Source of the DNA: Azolla caroliniana
Lineage: Eukaryota; Plantae; Polypodiophyta
Direction: 5' to 3'
Length of the DNA: 64,000 bases
NCBI GenBank assembly: GCA_043228905.1
Contig: JBHGNT010000020.1
Coordinates: 13,454,001-13,518,000 of the forward strand
This document shows positions 52,290 to 63,793 of this stretch, one piece after another. The notes under the pieces are model-generated. The model had not been told where the DNA came from. It did not search any database and saw only the letters and a program-made list of their open reading frames with translations. The position numbers were made by a program, and so were the translations under genes. Positions within the stretch are counted from its first letter, which is position 1, and every line of letters starts with the position of its first letter.

Positions 52290-52879
52290 TTTAATTAGTA
52301 TGTTAATCCCCCTCCCTTTAAGCCTATCTTTTAATTTTAATTTCTTTCTAATTACCCCACCCTTTACTTTATTTTTACGATCATGTTTCTAGATTTAGAT
52401 TTTTCATGTTTGTTAGTTTTCGGGTTATGTTTTTTGTTTTAGTGTTTATGTTTCTAATCTTAGTGTTTTAAACCCCCACCCCTCTTCCTTTTTGTTATTC
52501 CTAATCATGCCGGCTCCCTCTCCTTTCTTCTACCTCGTCTTCGATTCGGGTGCGCTCAAATCGAGCGTGGTGTTCCTCTTCGCCTACCTCTACCCGCCGA
52601 TTATCGACCATTCCGCACTCCTTGTTCCGACCGTAAGGTCCATAAACTCACATGCCATGAGTTTTGTGGTTGTTTGGATGCTTCAAGCATTGCAAGTTAA
52701 GCGTGCTTGAGCCAGAACAGTACTGGGATGGGTGACCTCCCGGGAAGTCCTGGTTACATCTACGATAGTAATGGGTTCGGGGGGGCCTATCGCTATCAAG
52801 CTATCAAGAGTGGACATGCTCCGTATTCGAGCGGTATATCGACCCGCACTCCTTGCAAAGCCGTAAGGCAAACCCTAAA
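51970..52879. other. ~910-bp foreign insertion splitting the start of F RT
   Basis: RAHIP (52881+) and MELLRQK (51968) should be almost adjacent; insert is AT/TC-rich with three ~55-70-bp repeats and no TSD. Confidence 0.75.
52632..52758 (+). mobile_element. Cassandra-like short LTR with 5S rRNA internal control region
   Basis: 52695-52751 AGTTAAGCGTGCTTGAGCCAGAACAGTACTGGGATGGGTGACCTCCCGGGAAGTCCT matches the 5S A-box/IE/C-box segment; termini CGTAA...TTACA. Confidence 0.75.
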
Positions 52880-55800
52880 TTGGGATGTGAGCTCTTGGTA
52901 CCGAAATTGGCTTCAGATTCCATGGTACATGCGGTACCGTGAATATCACCATCGGCTTCACGACTGTCGGGTCTACGCACCCGATTTCTTCCGGCGAGAA
53001 TGCGAAGGCTTTCCCGTGCCTTCTGAGCATTCTCCGAAACCGGTCTTCTTCCGCCAGCAGTAGGAACCCGCCCCCACCGATTTTGAGCTCCCGTAGCATT
53101 CTATCGGTGAAGGTGTGTCCTATGCAGGCCGGATCATGTAAACTGGGGTCCGACGCGACCCCTTCGATTCGCAACTCGCTGCCCTCCGGTAAGGGTGCCG
53201 CGACTGGCCTTACCTTCCGGTCCACAGTCTTCTACTTCGTGTTAACCCGGGCCGTCCGATCCGACTCGAGCCCCCGACTGAAGTCCGCGATGACTCCATA
53301 CATCTCTTCTGAACAAACCGGTATCGTCCGGTCCTCTTTAAGGCCCTCTCCGACCACCTCTCGCAGTATTCCCAAGGTATCGTCGAAGGAGACCGCCTCC
53401 ACGGCTCCGTTGATTTCCTCGCTGGGCCCGAGAACTCCACACGCCCGAAGTCGCTCTTCCGCCCTTGTCTTTTCTCGACCTACGACGCCGACTATCGTAC
53501 ACCCTCCGTTGTTGGAGAAACAAAACTTCCTACTTATGGTACAAGGATTCTTTGGTTTCGCTTTTATCATACATTTGTGGGGTTTTCCTAGAGTGTCCGG
53601 ACTGTCGCGACCCCACGCCTTGGCAGCCCTCTCTAAAAATCCTCGCGGTTCTCGCCACCGAGGGACTCGTGGTTTCGCTCGTGGTTGGGTCGTACCGTCA
53701 GGAACTGGACTAAATGACGCTCGTCTTGGCTCTTGACCCTCGCGTAAGCCGACCCGTTGTCCAGCACCTTGGTCTCCATTCACGCCGCCGTAATGTACGG
53801 TTCCCCTAGAATGACCGGGTGCGAGGACGTTTCCTGCACAAAGAAGTGTTGGTCTATTTCGACGTCGCCGATCTTGACTCGTACGTTTGGGCAGGCCCCG
53901 TGTAGTTCCTCGGTGGCGCGCGTCGCCGCCCGTATCTTCCACCCGTGCTTAGTGTTGATTGGTCATTTCCCCTTTTTGTAGAAGTCCATGGACATAAGGT
54001 TTATTTCCGAACCGTGGTCCACCAGTGCCACCACCGGTTCCTGAACATCTCTGATTTTCACTGGGGTTTCCGTGGTCGCTCGGGCCCAGTGTTGCCTCGA
54101 ATAGTGGCTCTCCGCCCACTCGTCTTCCAGCGCCATGTCCTCTATGTGCGCCGTCCGCACTTCCACCGGCCTTTCCGGTTCTACCTCCGTCGACAGCCTC
54201 TTCCTCTTCACCAAGTCCACGATGGAGTTGTGGAACTCCTTCTTGGCTATCCCGAGCACCTCTCGCAACGACAGTTCCACCTTGTTGTCGAGGATTCGTT
54301 CTTCCAGGACCTTTCGTAGGTCCGTGGTCCTTTTGATCTCCGTGCCCAACCGGTGTCCGCCCTTCTTGTGGTTATCCCGGGCACTGGACTCACCGACCTC
54401 GTTCCGTTTCGGCCCGAATCGGGTTTCGTATCTCTATGAGGGTCCGGTCCCTCCATTTCTACCCACCCGTTTGTCTTCAACCAGAGCCTCGTAGTTCTGG
54501 CAAGCTGCTTCGACGAAACCCGTCTTTTCTTCGACCGGGTCACTCCACCCGGTTACCTCCTGGACCCGCTTCTCCGCGCGGTCCGCCTCCTCCCTCTTCA
54601 GTCGGGCACTAGCGAGGCCTTCCAGCACCGTCGGCCAGAACTCGGCTTTGCTCTCCTTCCGAGCCCCGTTACCCCCGACCCGAATACCGGCTGACGCTGA
54701 GTAGTGGACGGTCTCCGCGTGCCGGGCTGCCGCCTCTTCCATCAGCCTTTTCATTCCTCCTCTTCCGTCGTTTTGGTTCAGGGCCCTCCGGGTATCGCTG
54801 GCGTGCACCCGACCCTCCCACAGGTACACTACCCGGCTTCTCAAAGCCTCCATAAAGTCCCCGCAGTCTTTCCGGATGTGGCCGACCTCGTCGCACCACA
54901 TGCACGTACTTCCTGCCGGAGGCCGTCGGTCACGAGCCTGATCGCCGCCTTCCCTCTGAGCCTGGGCGATCTGGAGATCCTTTACCGCTCGTGTCAACTC
55001 CTCCAGAGTTGTTCCCCCGGACGAGCCTCTGATCACGCCGGTCGAAGACGAACCGGTTTTGAGCCACTCCCAGGTCTCTTCCCTTCGTGCCTGTGGTATC
55101 GGTTCGAGCTTCCTTGCTGCGACAGGTCCCGCCCCGGTCGCCTCTATATCAGCCCACTCCCACCGTTTGTCAAAACGGCCGCAGAATCTCTTTACCGCGG
55201 CCCAGTCAGTCGTCAGCCCGTCTTCGGTTTCCAGTAAGGAGCCAACTTGCCCCCGATCCCGTGTGTCAACCGATTTCACAAACAGTAGGACACGACTTGT
55301 GTCCAGAACAGTCCGATCGAGCGCCGAAAGGTGCGCAAAGCGTTCCTCAAACTCCCGGAGGAGTACCGACGCATTTCTTCCTTTGTTGGGGGACTCCACC
55401 CATTCCATGAAGCTTCGCTTCGTAAGTCGAAGCGCGTCATCTAGCCCGTATTTCTCCAGGAGCCGTCCTTCGAACTCTTCCCAGGTCCGGCTCTTCGCCC
55501 GGATCTCGAGCACCTCCGCATGGATGCCCGGCATCGCCACTCGAGGGAATCCGGCAAGACGCCTCTCTTCCGGGATATCCCTCATCAACATCTCCGCCCG
55601 GTAGGATGCCAAATAACTCGTGGCATCCTTTCCACTGAACCGGCCGATCGTACCGACGATCGCCTCAATAGCCCTGTCAAGGGCGCCGGTGCCCTCGCGC
55701 GCACTCACTATCCGGTCCACGGCCGAAGCCATGGCCTTTGCAAGATCCGACCCCCTCATCTTCTGCTCCTCTGCCGCCTGTTTCACGTCGGGTTAACCAA

Positions 55801-56454
55801 AGATGTCGCGTGTTACGCGCGTGCGTGGAGAAACAAGGCGGGACCACCGGGGTCTTGAACCGAAGAGCAGGTGATAGAAGGGGAAAGAGAAGGAGAGAGA
55901 CGCCCAGTCACGTATGAGCAAAGAAACACAGGGGCGTGGCCCGTCAACACAGAAGACGCGAATGGACACAGAGACAGGAAGAAACAAGTGTTTGTATATT
56001 AACGAATAACGAGTACACAGCAGAACACGCGAGCGGCTACAACCGAACAGGCCGGCGGACAGATGTCGATGCCTGTTCGTCTACGCACGAAATGGGAATA
56101 GGATGGAGGTGCTGCCGGAAGCACATGGGCGTTCCTCGAAGCAGCGCGAGCCTCCCGAAACCTGCAGAGAAGGGCAACAGAGAACAGACAGAGGAGAAGC
56201 GTTCGGTTCCGGTCCGACAACACTTCGTCCTCCTCAATGCGCTATCCCTTCTCGCTGCGTCTCCCTCTCCTTTATAGCGTCAAGAAGGGAGCCGTCTCCC
56301 TCATTTACTTCCTACCTACCGAATCTAACTACCCCGGATCTCTCTATGTACCTAATTCTCTATTATATACATTAAGAGTGCGCACACGTGAAGGGCCGGT
56401 TCATGTGCGCTATTCACCGATTGCGCCAAGGGACGGTTTTCTTCACGACAACGT

Positions 56455-56750
56455 GATGGGGAAACTTGGCTTCCAAGAGTTCTGGATTAAACTCATTGCA
56501 ACCCTCTACAGAAATGCCAACAATTGCATATCACTCGTAGGTGAAAGCGGCTGCTTCCTCCAAATATCACACTCCATGCGACAAGGATGCCCACTTGCTC
56601 CATCCCTATTTCTATTATATGCAAATTTAAAGCGCTCTCTAGCTTTCTCAACTCGTGGCATCTAAACCTACATGGTCTTCCTGTGTTGCACTCTCACCAA
56701 TGCCTCTTGGATATAGAATTTGCGGATGATACCACAGTCTACATGTAAAG
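56455..56750 (+). pseudogene. L1-type LINE RT fragment (continues at 63794-64000 after T2)
   Basis: MGKLGF..FWIK...MRQGCPLAPSLFLL, EFADDT; the downstream part reads KLIHWS....LARRIIVVNHVLLAT.WY. Confidence 0.8.
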
Positions 56751-57240
56751 GGATGTATGTAAAGGGATGTGGATAAGTGGACTATCCTTGATTTGCGAGA
56801 GATCAAATGTCATGATCAATATGGCTCTCTAATGAATGACATTCAACCTAGCGCCCACATCCCAATTTTATGTTGATCAACCAAGTGTCATGGACATGAC
56901 AATTGTCATGTCATGATTCGAACACTTGACCTATTGTATTTAATTTATATGTTTTAACCAATACTTCCAATACATAATCATATTACCTTACTAGATTATT
57001 ATAGATCATCTATTCTATATGTAGGATTTTAGAAGCTTCCAGATGAAAATGAGTCTTTACATGGGGCTACATTTAGAGCCCATAAACATGTATAAATACA
57101 AGGTTCACCTTGGCCTTAGTCAAGGTGAACAACACCAGTTACGGAATCATAATTCAGTTCTTGTTCTCTTGACTACTTTCTCTCTCTCTTTCTTATTATC
57201 TTGTCTATGATCTCTCTCTCACTCTCTTAGTATTGAGCCT

Positions 57241-57645
57241 CGTCTACTTGTCTGTGACAGTTTGTTCACCTTCATTCTCCAAAGCCTCATCGTGTTAGAT
57301 TCTACCGAGAACATAAATCAACTATTGGCAGCCATGCATCAACTTCAACTTGAAAATGAGAATCTTTGGGAATCTCGTCTACTTGTCTGTGACAGTTTGT
57401 TCACCTTCATTCTCCAAAGCCTCATCATGTTAGATTCTACCGAGAACATAAATCAACTATTGGCAGCCATGCATCAACTTCAACTTTAAAATGAGAATCT
57501 TTGGGAATCTCGTCTACTTGTCTGTGACAATTTGTTCACCTTCATTCTCCAAAGCCTCATCATGTTAGATTCTACCGAGAACATAAATCAACTATTGGCA
57601 GCCATGCATCAACTTCAACTTGAAAATGAGAATCTTTGGGAATCT
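57241..57645 (+). repeat. Three tandem 135-bp copies of U5 end + PBS + gag start
   Basis: Units start at 57241, 57376 and 57511. Confidence 0.95.
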
Positions 57646-60600
57646 CTCCAGAAACTCCAAGCTAGGACTCCAATGGAATTGGAGAATGAAGAACCCAAGT
57701 GCCCTCCTACATCAAGGAATCTCGAATCTGTAGAGCTTGGCCCCTCGTCAATCCTCGCTCCAATTCCTCTTCACCCCACTTCAACTATAGAACCCAATGT
57801 TAGTTTACTCGACAAGTTCGATGGCACAAGTGCGCGATTCTAGGGATTCATAAATAAGATCAAGCTTATTATCCGGCTACAACCCCAAAGATATGCGAAT
57901 GATTTTTGCCGAGTTGGCCTCATTGGGACTCTCCTCTCGAGAGCTGCACAAAGCTAGTTCGCACCTTTGATCGAAACATCATCGCCACTTCTTGACAATT
58001 TTCCTACTTTCCTAGAATAGTTCGAGGCGAGATTTGGGGATACGGATCGGCGTCGAACAAGCCTTACCAAAATCTATTCATTACATCAAGGTAAGCGTCC
58101 AATGTCTGTTTATGCATCTGAATTTAGACAATTGGCATGTGATGTTCAGTGGGATGACCAAGCCCTTTGCGACCATTTTCTTCGAGGCCTTCGAAGTGAT
58201 GTAAAGAATCTACTACTAAACTTCTCGGAGCCGACTTCATTATCGCAAGCCATCAAGCAAGCAGTCAGTTGTGACCACCGCCTTTTTGAACTTTGACAAG
58301 AGGAACGGGCGACTTCCAAGTTGTCGCCCTTTCTCCACGTTAAACCTATGATACAACCCCAAGTGATTGCGAGATCTTCTCCAGCGACATCGTTCAATGA
58401 TCCTAGGCCGATGGAAATTGATCGAGCTCGAGCCCCACTCACCACAGCCGAACGACACCATCGACAAACCAATGGGCTATGTCTATATTGTGGCGCCTCT
58501 ACCCATCTAATTCGTTTTTGCATACTCAAAAGCAATCTGTGACAAGTCTATTGGGACAATCCAACTAGTGGATCCCAACATTCGGAAAATGACGATGTCC
58601 AACTACAGTAGGAGCCATGCGGTTGGACAAGGCTCAATACATGTTGCTCCCAAAGTTCTACTAACGACTTTTCCTTCGAGGTAACTCTTTGTTTCCAGTC
58701 TATTTCAATTCAATCCTTAGCGCTACTCGATTCCGGGGCCACGACGTTTTTATGGACGAAACATTCATTCGTAAACACAACTTTCCTGTTGTCCGGTTGT
58801 CCAAGCCTATCCCAGTCGAAGTTATTGATGGGAGAATGCTCTCCTTTGGTGCAATCACCAAAGCCACGGTCCCCCTCATTTTGCAGCTCGGGACCCATCA
58901 AGAGGCCTTATCATTTTACCTATTCAATTCACCGTGGCATCCAATCATACTTGGGTTGTCTTGGTTGAAAGCGAATAACCATGTTATAGATTTGCACAAT
59001 CACTCACTTACTTTTCAACCGCAAACTCACACGAAGGTTGGAGCGGCTTCCAATGTCGCTGTGTCATAATGGCCCGAATCATTTTCTATCGAGCACTCCG
59101 CCTTTCACTCGGACCGATGCACTCGGATGCTCATGCCCCAGTCACAATGCACTCCATCTCAATGGGCAATGATACAAAGTCGAGTGTCCCAGCTTTGGTT
59201 CCTATGAAAGCCAATTTGGACTCGCTTCCATCCAAATATGGCGACTTTGTTGATGTGTTCGAGAAGAAGAATGCCGATCACTTACCGGAGCACCGACCAT
59301 ATGATTGTCTGATCGATCTATAGGAGGCCACATCTCCACCATTTGGACCCATTTATGGTCTCTCTGAACCAGTACTAGAGGCTCTTCGCACATATCTCGA
59401 TGAAATTTTGGAGAAGGGCTTCATCCAACCGTCTAAGTCACCAGTTGGGGCCCCCATCTTGTTTGTGAAGAAAAAGGATGGATCGTTGCATCTATCTGTG
59501 GATTACCGTGGCCTCAATAAAATCACGGTATGTGATCGATACCCTTTACCTCTCATCCCAAAGCTCCTCGATTTCCTTCGTTGTGCACATGTCTTCTCCA
59601 AGATTGACTTGCGGGGAGCATACAACTTGGTTTGGATTAAACCTGGTGATGAATGGAAGACGGCATTTCGTACGCGATACGGACACTTCGAGTACAAGGT
59701 AATGCCTTTTGGACTCACCAATGCTCCAACTATTTTTCAACATATGATGAACGACATATTTCGAGAATATCTCGATCACTTTGTCGTTATCTACCTTGAT
59801 GACATTCTTGTCTTCTCGTCATGCATTGAAGAGCATACTCACCACGTTCGATTGATTCTCTCAAAACTGAGGGAGCATGGCCTCTATGCCAAGAGAGAAA
59901 AATGTGAGTTTGATTGCAATTCCATAGAATTTCTTGGTTATGTTATCTCCCCCCAGGGCATCACCATGGATCCAAGGAAAATCAAGACAATTAAAGAATG
60001 GGCCACTCCAAAACGAGTAAAGAATGTATAGTCGTTCCTTAGTTTCGTTAATTTCTATCTGCGATTTATCAAGGGGTTCTCCATCGTAGTCCAACCCTTG
60101 ATTGAGCTTACTCGTAAAGGGATGTCGTTTCAATGGACTCCATCTACTCAACATGCCTTCGACCTACTCAAGGAAGTTTTTACCCGAGCTCCAGTCCTCC
60201 TTCACGTCGACCCTACTAAGCCTTTTCAAGTTGAAACAGATGCCTCTGACTTTGCCATCGGTGCCATCTTATCCCAACCCAATGATGAATGGCATACTAC
60301 TCCCGAAAATTCACAACTCCAAAAATCAACTATCCCATCTACGACAAGGAGCTCGTGGCTATAGTGGCACCTTTCACGAAGTGGAGACCTTACTTGGCTG
60401 GGGCGCAACATCGGGTTCAGGTATTAACAGATCATAAAAATTTATTGTATTTCTCAACAACCCGTACTTTGAATCGGCGGCAAGCCCGTTGGTCAACTTT
60501 CTTAGCCGACTATGACTTTGAAATTGTCTTTTGTTCGGGGGCACAAAACATGAAGGCTGATGCTCTTTCACGACGGTCAGATTTTGAGTTGAGCCCAATG

Positions 60601-62352
60601 GATGGTGCCTATGCTCAACAATCTCAATGTTTTCTTAAACCAAATCAATTCCAACTCTTTGCCACATGCATGCTCCATGACGACTCTTTGCTTGAGGAGA
60701 TAGCCAAAGCACTTCCCACCAACTAATTTGCCAACACAATTCAAGAAGGTCTTATTGATCCGTCTAAATCCAAGACCAAGGAAGACCTTGACCGCTTCAG
60801 ATTCAAGGGGGAATTGCTTTACCAAGACCAACTCTTATATGTTCTAGAGGGCAGATGTCGAACTCAAGTTCTCCAAAAGTGTCATGATGACCCCTTGGCT
60901 AGTCATTTTGGCATTACAAAGACACTTGAGTTAATCTCACGAGGATATTGGTGGCCTCAACCATGGAAGTTCGTCAAGGAATTCATCAAGACATGTGATA
61001 CTTGTGCTAGATCCGAAGTCGTCCACCATAGGCCATATGGGTTGCTCCAACCACTTCCCATTCCCAACCGGCCGTGGGCATCAATTTCCATGGATTTCAT
61101 CACTGACTTGCCTCTTGTCCACGAATATGACACAGTGCTCGTCATGGTAGATCGGTTTATAAAGATGGCGCATTTTGCCCCTTGTGCAAAGACTATTTCA
61201 GCAGAAGCAACAACCGATCTATTTTTAAAGAATGTGGTGCGGCTTCATGGGGTTCCGGATGATGTCACCTCAGATCGTGGACCCCGATTTGTCTCTCATT
61301 TTTGGCGGCAGCTCAAACATTGGGCACAACAATGAATTTGTCTTCGTCCTATCATCCTCAAACCGATGGCCAAACAAAGCAGGTGAACCAAATTCTTGAG
61401 TAATACCTTCGATGCTCGCTTAGCTACCAACAAGATGATTGGGTTGACCTCCTACCCTTAGCAGAGTTCACATATAATAATACGCAACATGGTTCAACTA
61501 GGGTCACCCCATTTTTCACCAACTATGGTTTCCATCCTCGCTTCAGTATTTCCATCCTTGGCAACTCTGTCAACCCATCAGCGGAAGGACATGCTCGTAT
61601 TTTAGCCGACATTAATGAAGACCTCTTTCTCGAACTCATCCTTGCAAGGGACTGGTATAAAGTGCAAGTTGATCGACATTGTTCCACTACAGCCGCCTTT
61701 ACAGTTGGTGATCAACTTTGGCTCTCACGTTGCCATGTTGATACTACTCGACCTTGTGGAAAGCTGGATTACAAGAAGTTGGGGCCTTTCCGCATCATTA
61801 AGTGTGTCAATCCCGTCACTTTCCGGTTGGAACTTCCTCCACACTTCCGGATTCATAATGTCTTCCATGCTTCTCTTCTCGAACCTTATCATCCATCCAC
61901 TATTCCTGGAAGACACTCTCCACCTCCACCTCCAATTGAGCTTTCCACAGGTGAGGAGTATGAGGTGGACAAGATTCTGGACTCTCGTTGGCATCGAAGA
62001 CAACTTCAATACTTAGTCCTATGGAAAGGGTATCCCGTTTCAGAGGCAACTTGGGAACTAGCCCAACACTTGGAGAATGCATCGGATGTTGTTCATGCAT
62101 TTCATCACCAATATCCCCAAAAACCGGGGAGACATCTTCGGAGGCAACCTTAGCAGGGGGATAATGTCATGGACATGACAACAGTCATGTCATGATTCGA
62201 ACTCTTGACCTATTGTATTTAATCGATATGTTTTAACCAATACATCCAATACATAATCATCTTACCTCACTAGATTATTATAGATCATCTATTCTACATG
62301 TAGGATTTTAGAAGCTTCCAAAAAGCTCCAGAAGCTAGAACATTCTAGAAGC

Positions 62353-63718
62353 TTGTGCATGAAAATGAGTCTTTACATGGGGCTACATTTAGAGCCCATA
62401 AACATGTATAAATACAAGGTTCACCTTGGCCTTAGTCAAGGTGAACAACACCAGTTACGGAATCATAATTCAATTCTTGTTCTCTTGACTACTTTCTCTC
62501 TCTCTCACTCTCTTAGTATTGAGCCTTGTGCATGAAAATGAGTCTTTACATGGGGCTACATTTAGAGCCCATAAACATGTATAAATACAAGGTTCACCTT
62601 GGCCTTAGTCAAGGTGAACAACACCAGTTACGGAATCATAATTCAGTTATTGTTCTCTTGACTACTTTCTCTCTCACTCACTCTCTTAGTATTGAGCCTT
62701 GTGCATGAAAATGAGTCTTTACATGGGGCTACATTTAGAGCCCATAAACATGTATAAATACAAGGTTCACCTTGGCCTTAGTCAAGGTGAATAACACCAG
62801 TTACGGAATCATAATTCAGTTATTGTTCTCTTGACTACTTTCTCTCTCTCTCACTCTCTTAGTATTGAGCCTTGTGCATGAAAATGAGTCTTTACATGGG
62901 GCTACATTTAGAGCCCATAAACATGTATAAATACAAGGTTCACCTTGGCCTTAGTCAAGGTGAACAACACCAATTACGGAATCATAATTCAGTTATTGTT
63001 CTCTTGACTACTTTCTCTCTCTCACACTCTCTTAGTATTGAGCCTTGTGCATGAAAATGAGTCTTTACATGGGGCTACATTTAGAGCCCATAAACATGCA
63101 TAAATATAGGGTTCACCTTGGCCTTAGTCAAGGTGAACAACACCAATTACGGCATCATAATTCAGTTCTTGTTCTCTTGATTACTTTCTCTCTCTCACAC
63201 TCTCTTAGTATTGAGCCTTGTGCATGAAAATGAGTCTTTACATTGGGCTACATTTAGAGCCCATAAACATGTATAAATACAGGGTTCACCTTGGCCTTAG
63301 TCAAGGTGAACAACACCAGTTACGGAATCATAATTCAGTTCTTGTTCTCTTGACTACTTTCTCTCTCTCTCACTCTCTTAGTATTGAGCCTTGTGCATGA
63401 AAATGAGTCTTTACATGGGGCTACATTTAGAGCCCATAAACATGTATAAATACAGGGTTCACCTTGGCCTTAGTCAAGGTGAACAACACCAATTACGGAA
63501 TCATAATTCAGTTCTTGTTCTCTTGATTACTTTCTCTCTCACACACACTCTCTTAGTATTGAGCCTTGTGCATGAAAATGAGTCTTTACATTGGGCTACA
63601 TTTAGAGCCCATAAACATGTATAAATACAGGGTTCACCTTGGCCTTAGTCAAGGTGAACAACACCAGTTATGGAATCATAATTCAGTTCTTGTTCTCTTG
63701 ACTACTTTCTCTCTCTCT
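62353..63718 (+). repeat. Eight ~173-bp tandem units inside the T2 3' LTR
   Basis: Units start at 62353, 62526, 62699, 62872, 63045, 63218, 63391 and 63566. Confidence 0.97.
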
Positions 63719-63793
63719 TTCTTATTATCTCGTCTATGATATCTCTCTCACTCTCTTAGTATTGAGCCTCGACTACTTGTCCGTGACACCAAG

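Larger units (their letters stand above)
50011..56450 (-). mobile_element. Element F: truncated Ylt1-like (fungal-type) Ty3/Gypsy
   Basis: 5' LTR 55804-56450, PBS TGGTTAACCCGACGTGAA (55782-55799, near match to the tRNA-Trp 3' end), gag 54434..55786, PR VDHGSEIN, RT YSNRWFTVPKK..LRFIQDLQPVN...FLDDIPIKG; RH/INT and 3' LTR missing. Confidence 0.85.
56886..63788 (+). mobile_element. Element T2: decayed Tcn1-like chromovirus, a different family from T1
   Basis: 5' LTR 56886-57259, expanded 3' LTR 62165-63788, TSD CCAAG, PPT 62152-62164, broken gag/PR/RT/RH/INT ORFs, chromodomain EEYEVDKILD..YLVLWKGY. Confidence 0.95.

Noticed and set aside
52695-52751. 5S rRNA gene
   Set aside because: Only the internal promoter segment; the 5' half, terminator and tandem array context are missing.
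50236-56450. DIRS-like or TIR element bounded by inverted repeats
   Set aside because: The repeats are clearly diverged TG...CA LTRs; the interior is Gypsy gag/PR/RT with a PBS and no tyrosine recombinase or transposase.
62353-63718. CRISPR-like array or tandem 60-aa genes (MCMKMSLY...)
   Set aside because: No unique spacers; the units are LTR sequence and the ORFs are by-products with TTG starts.
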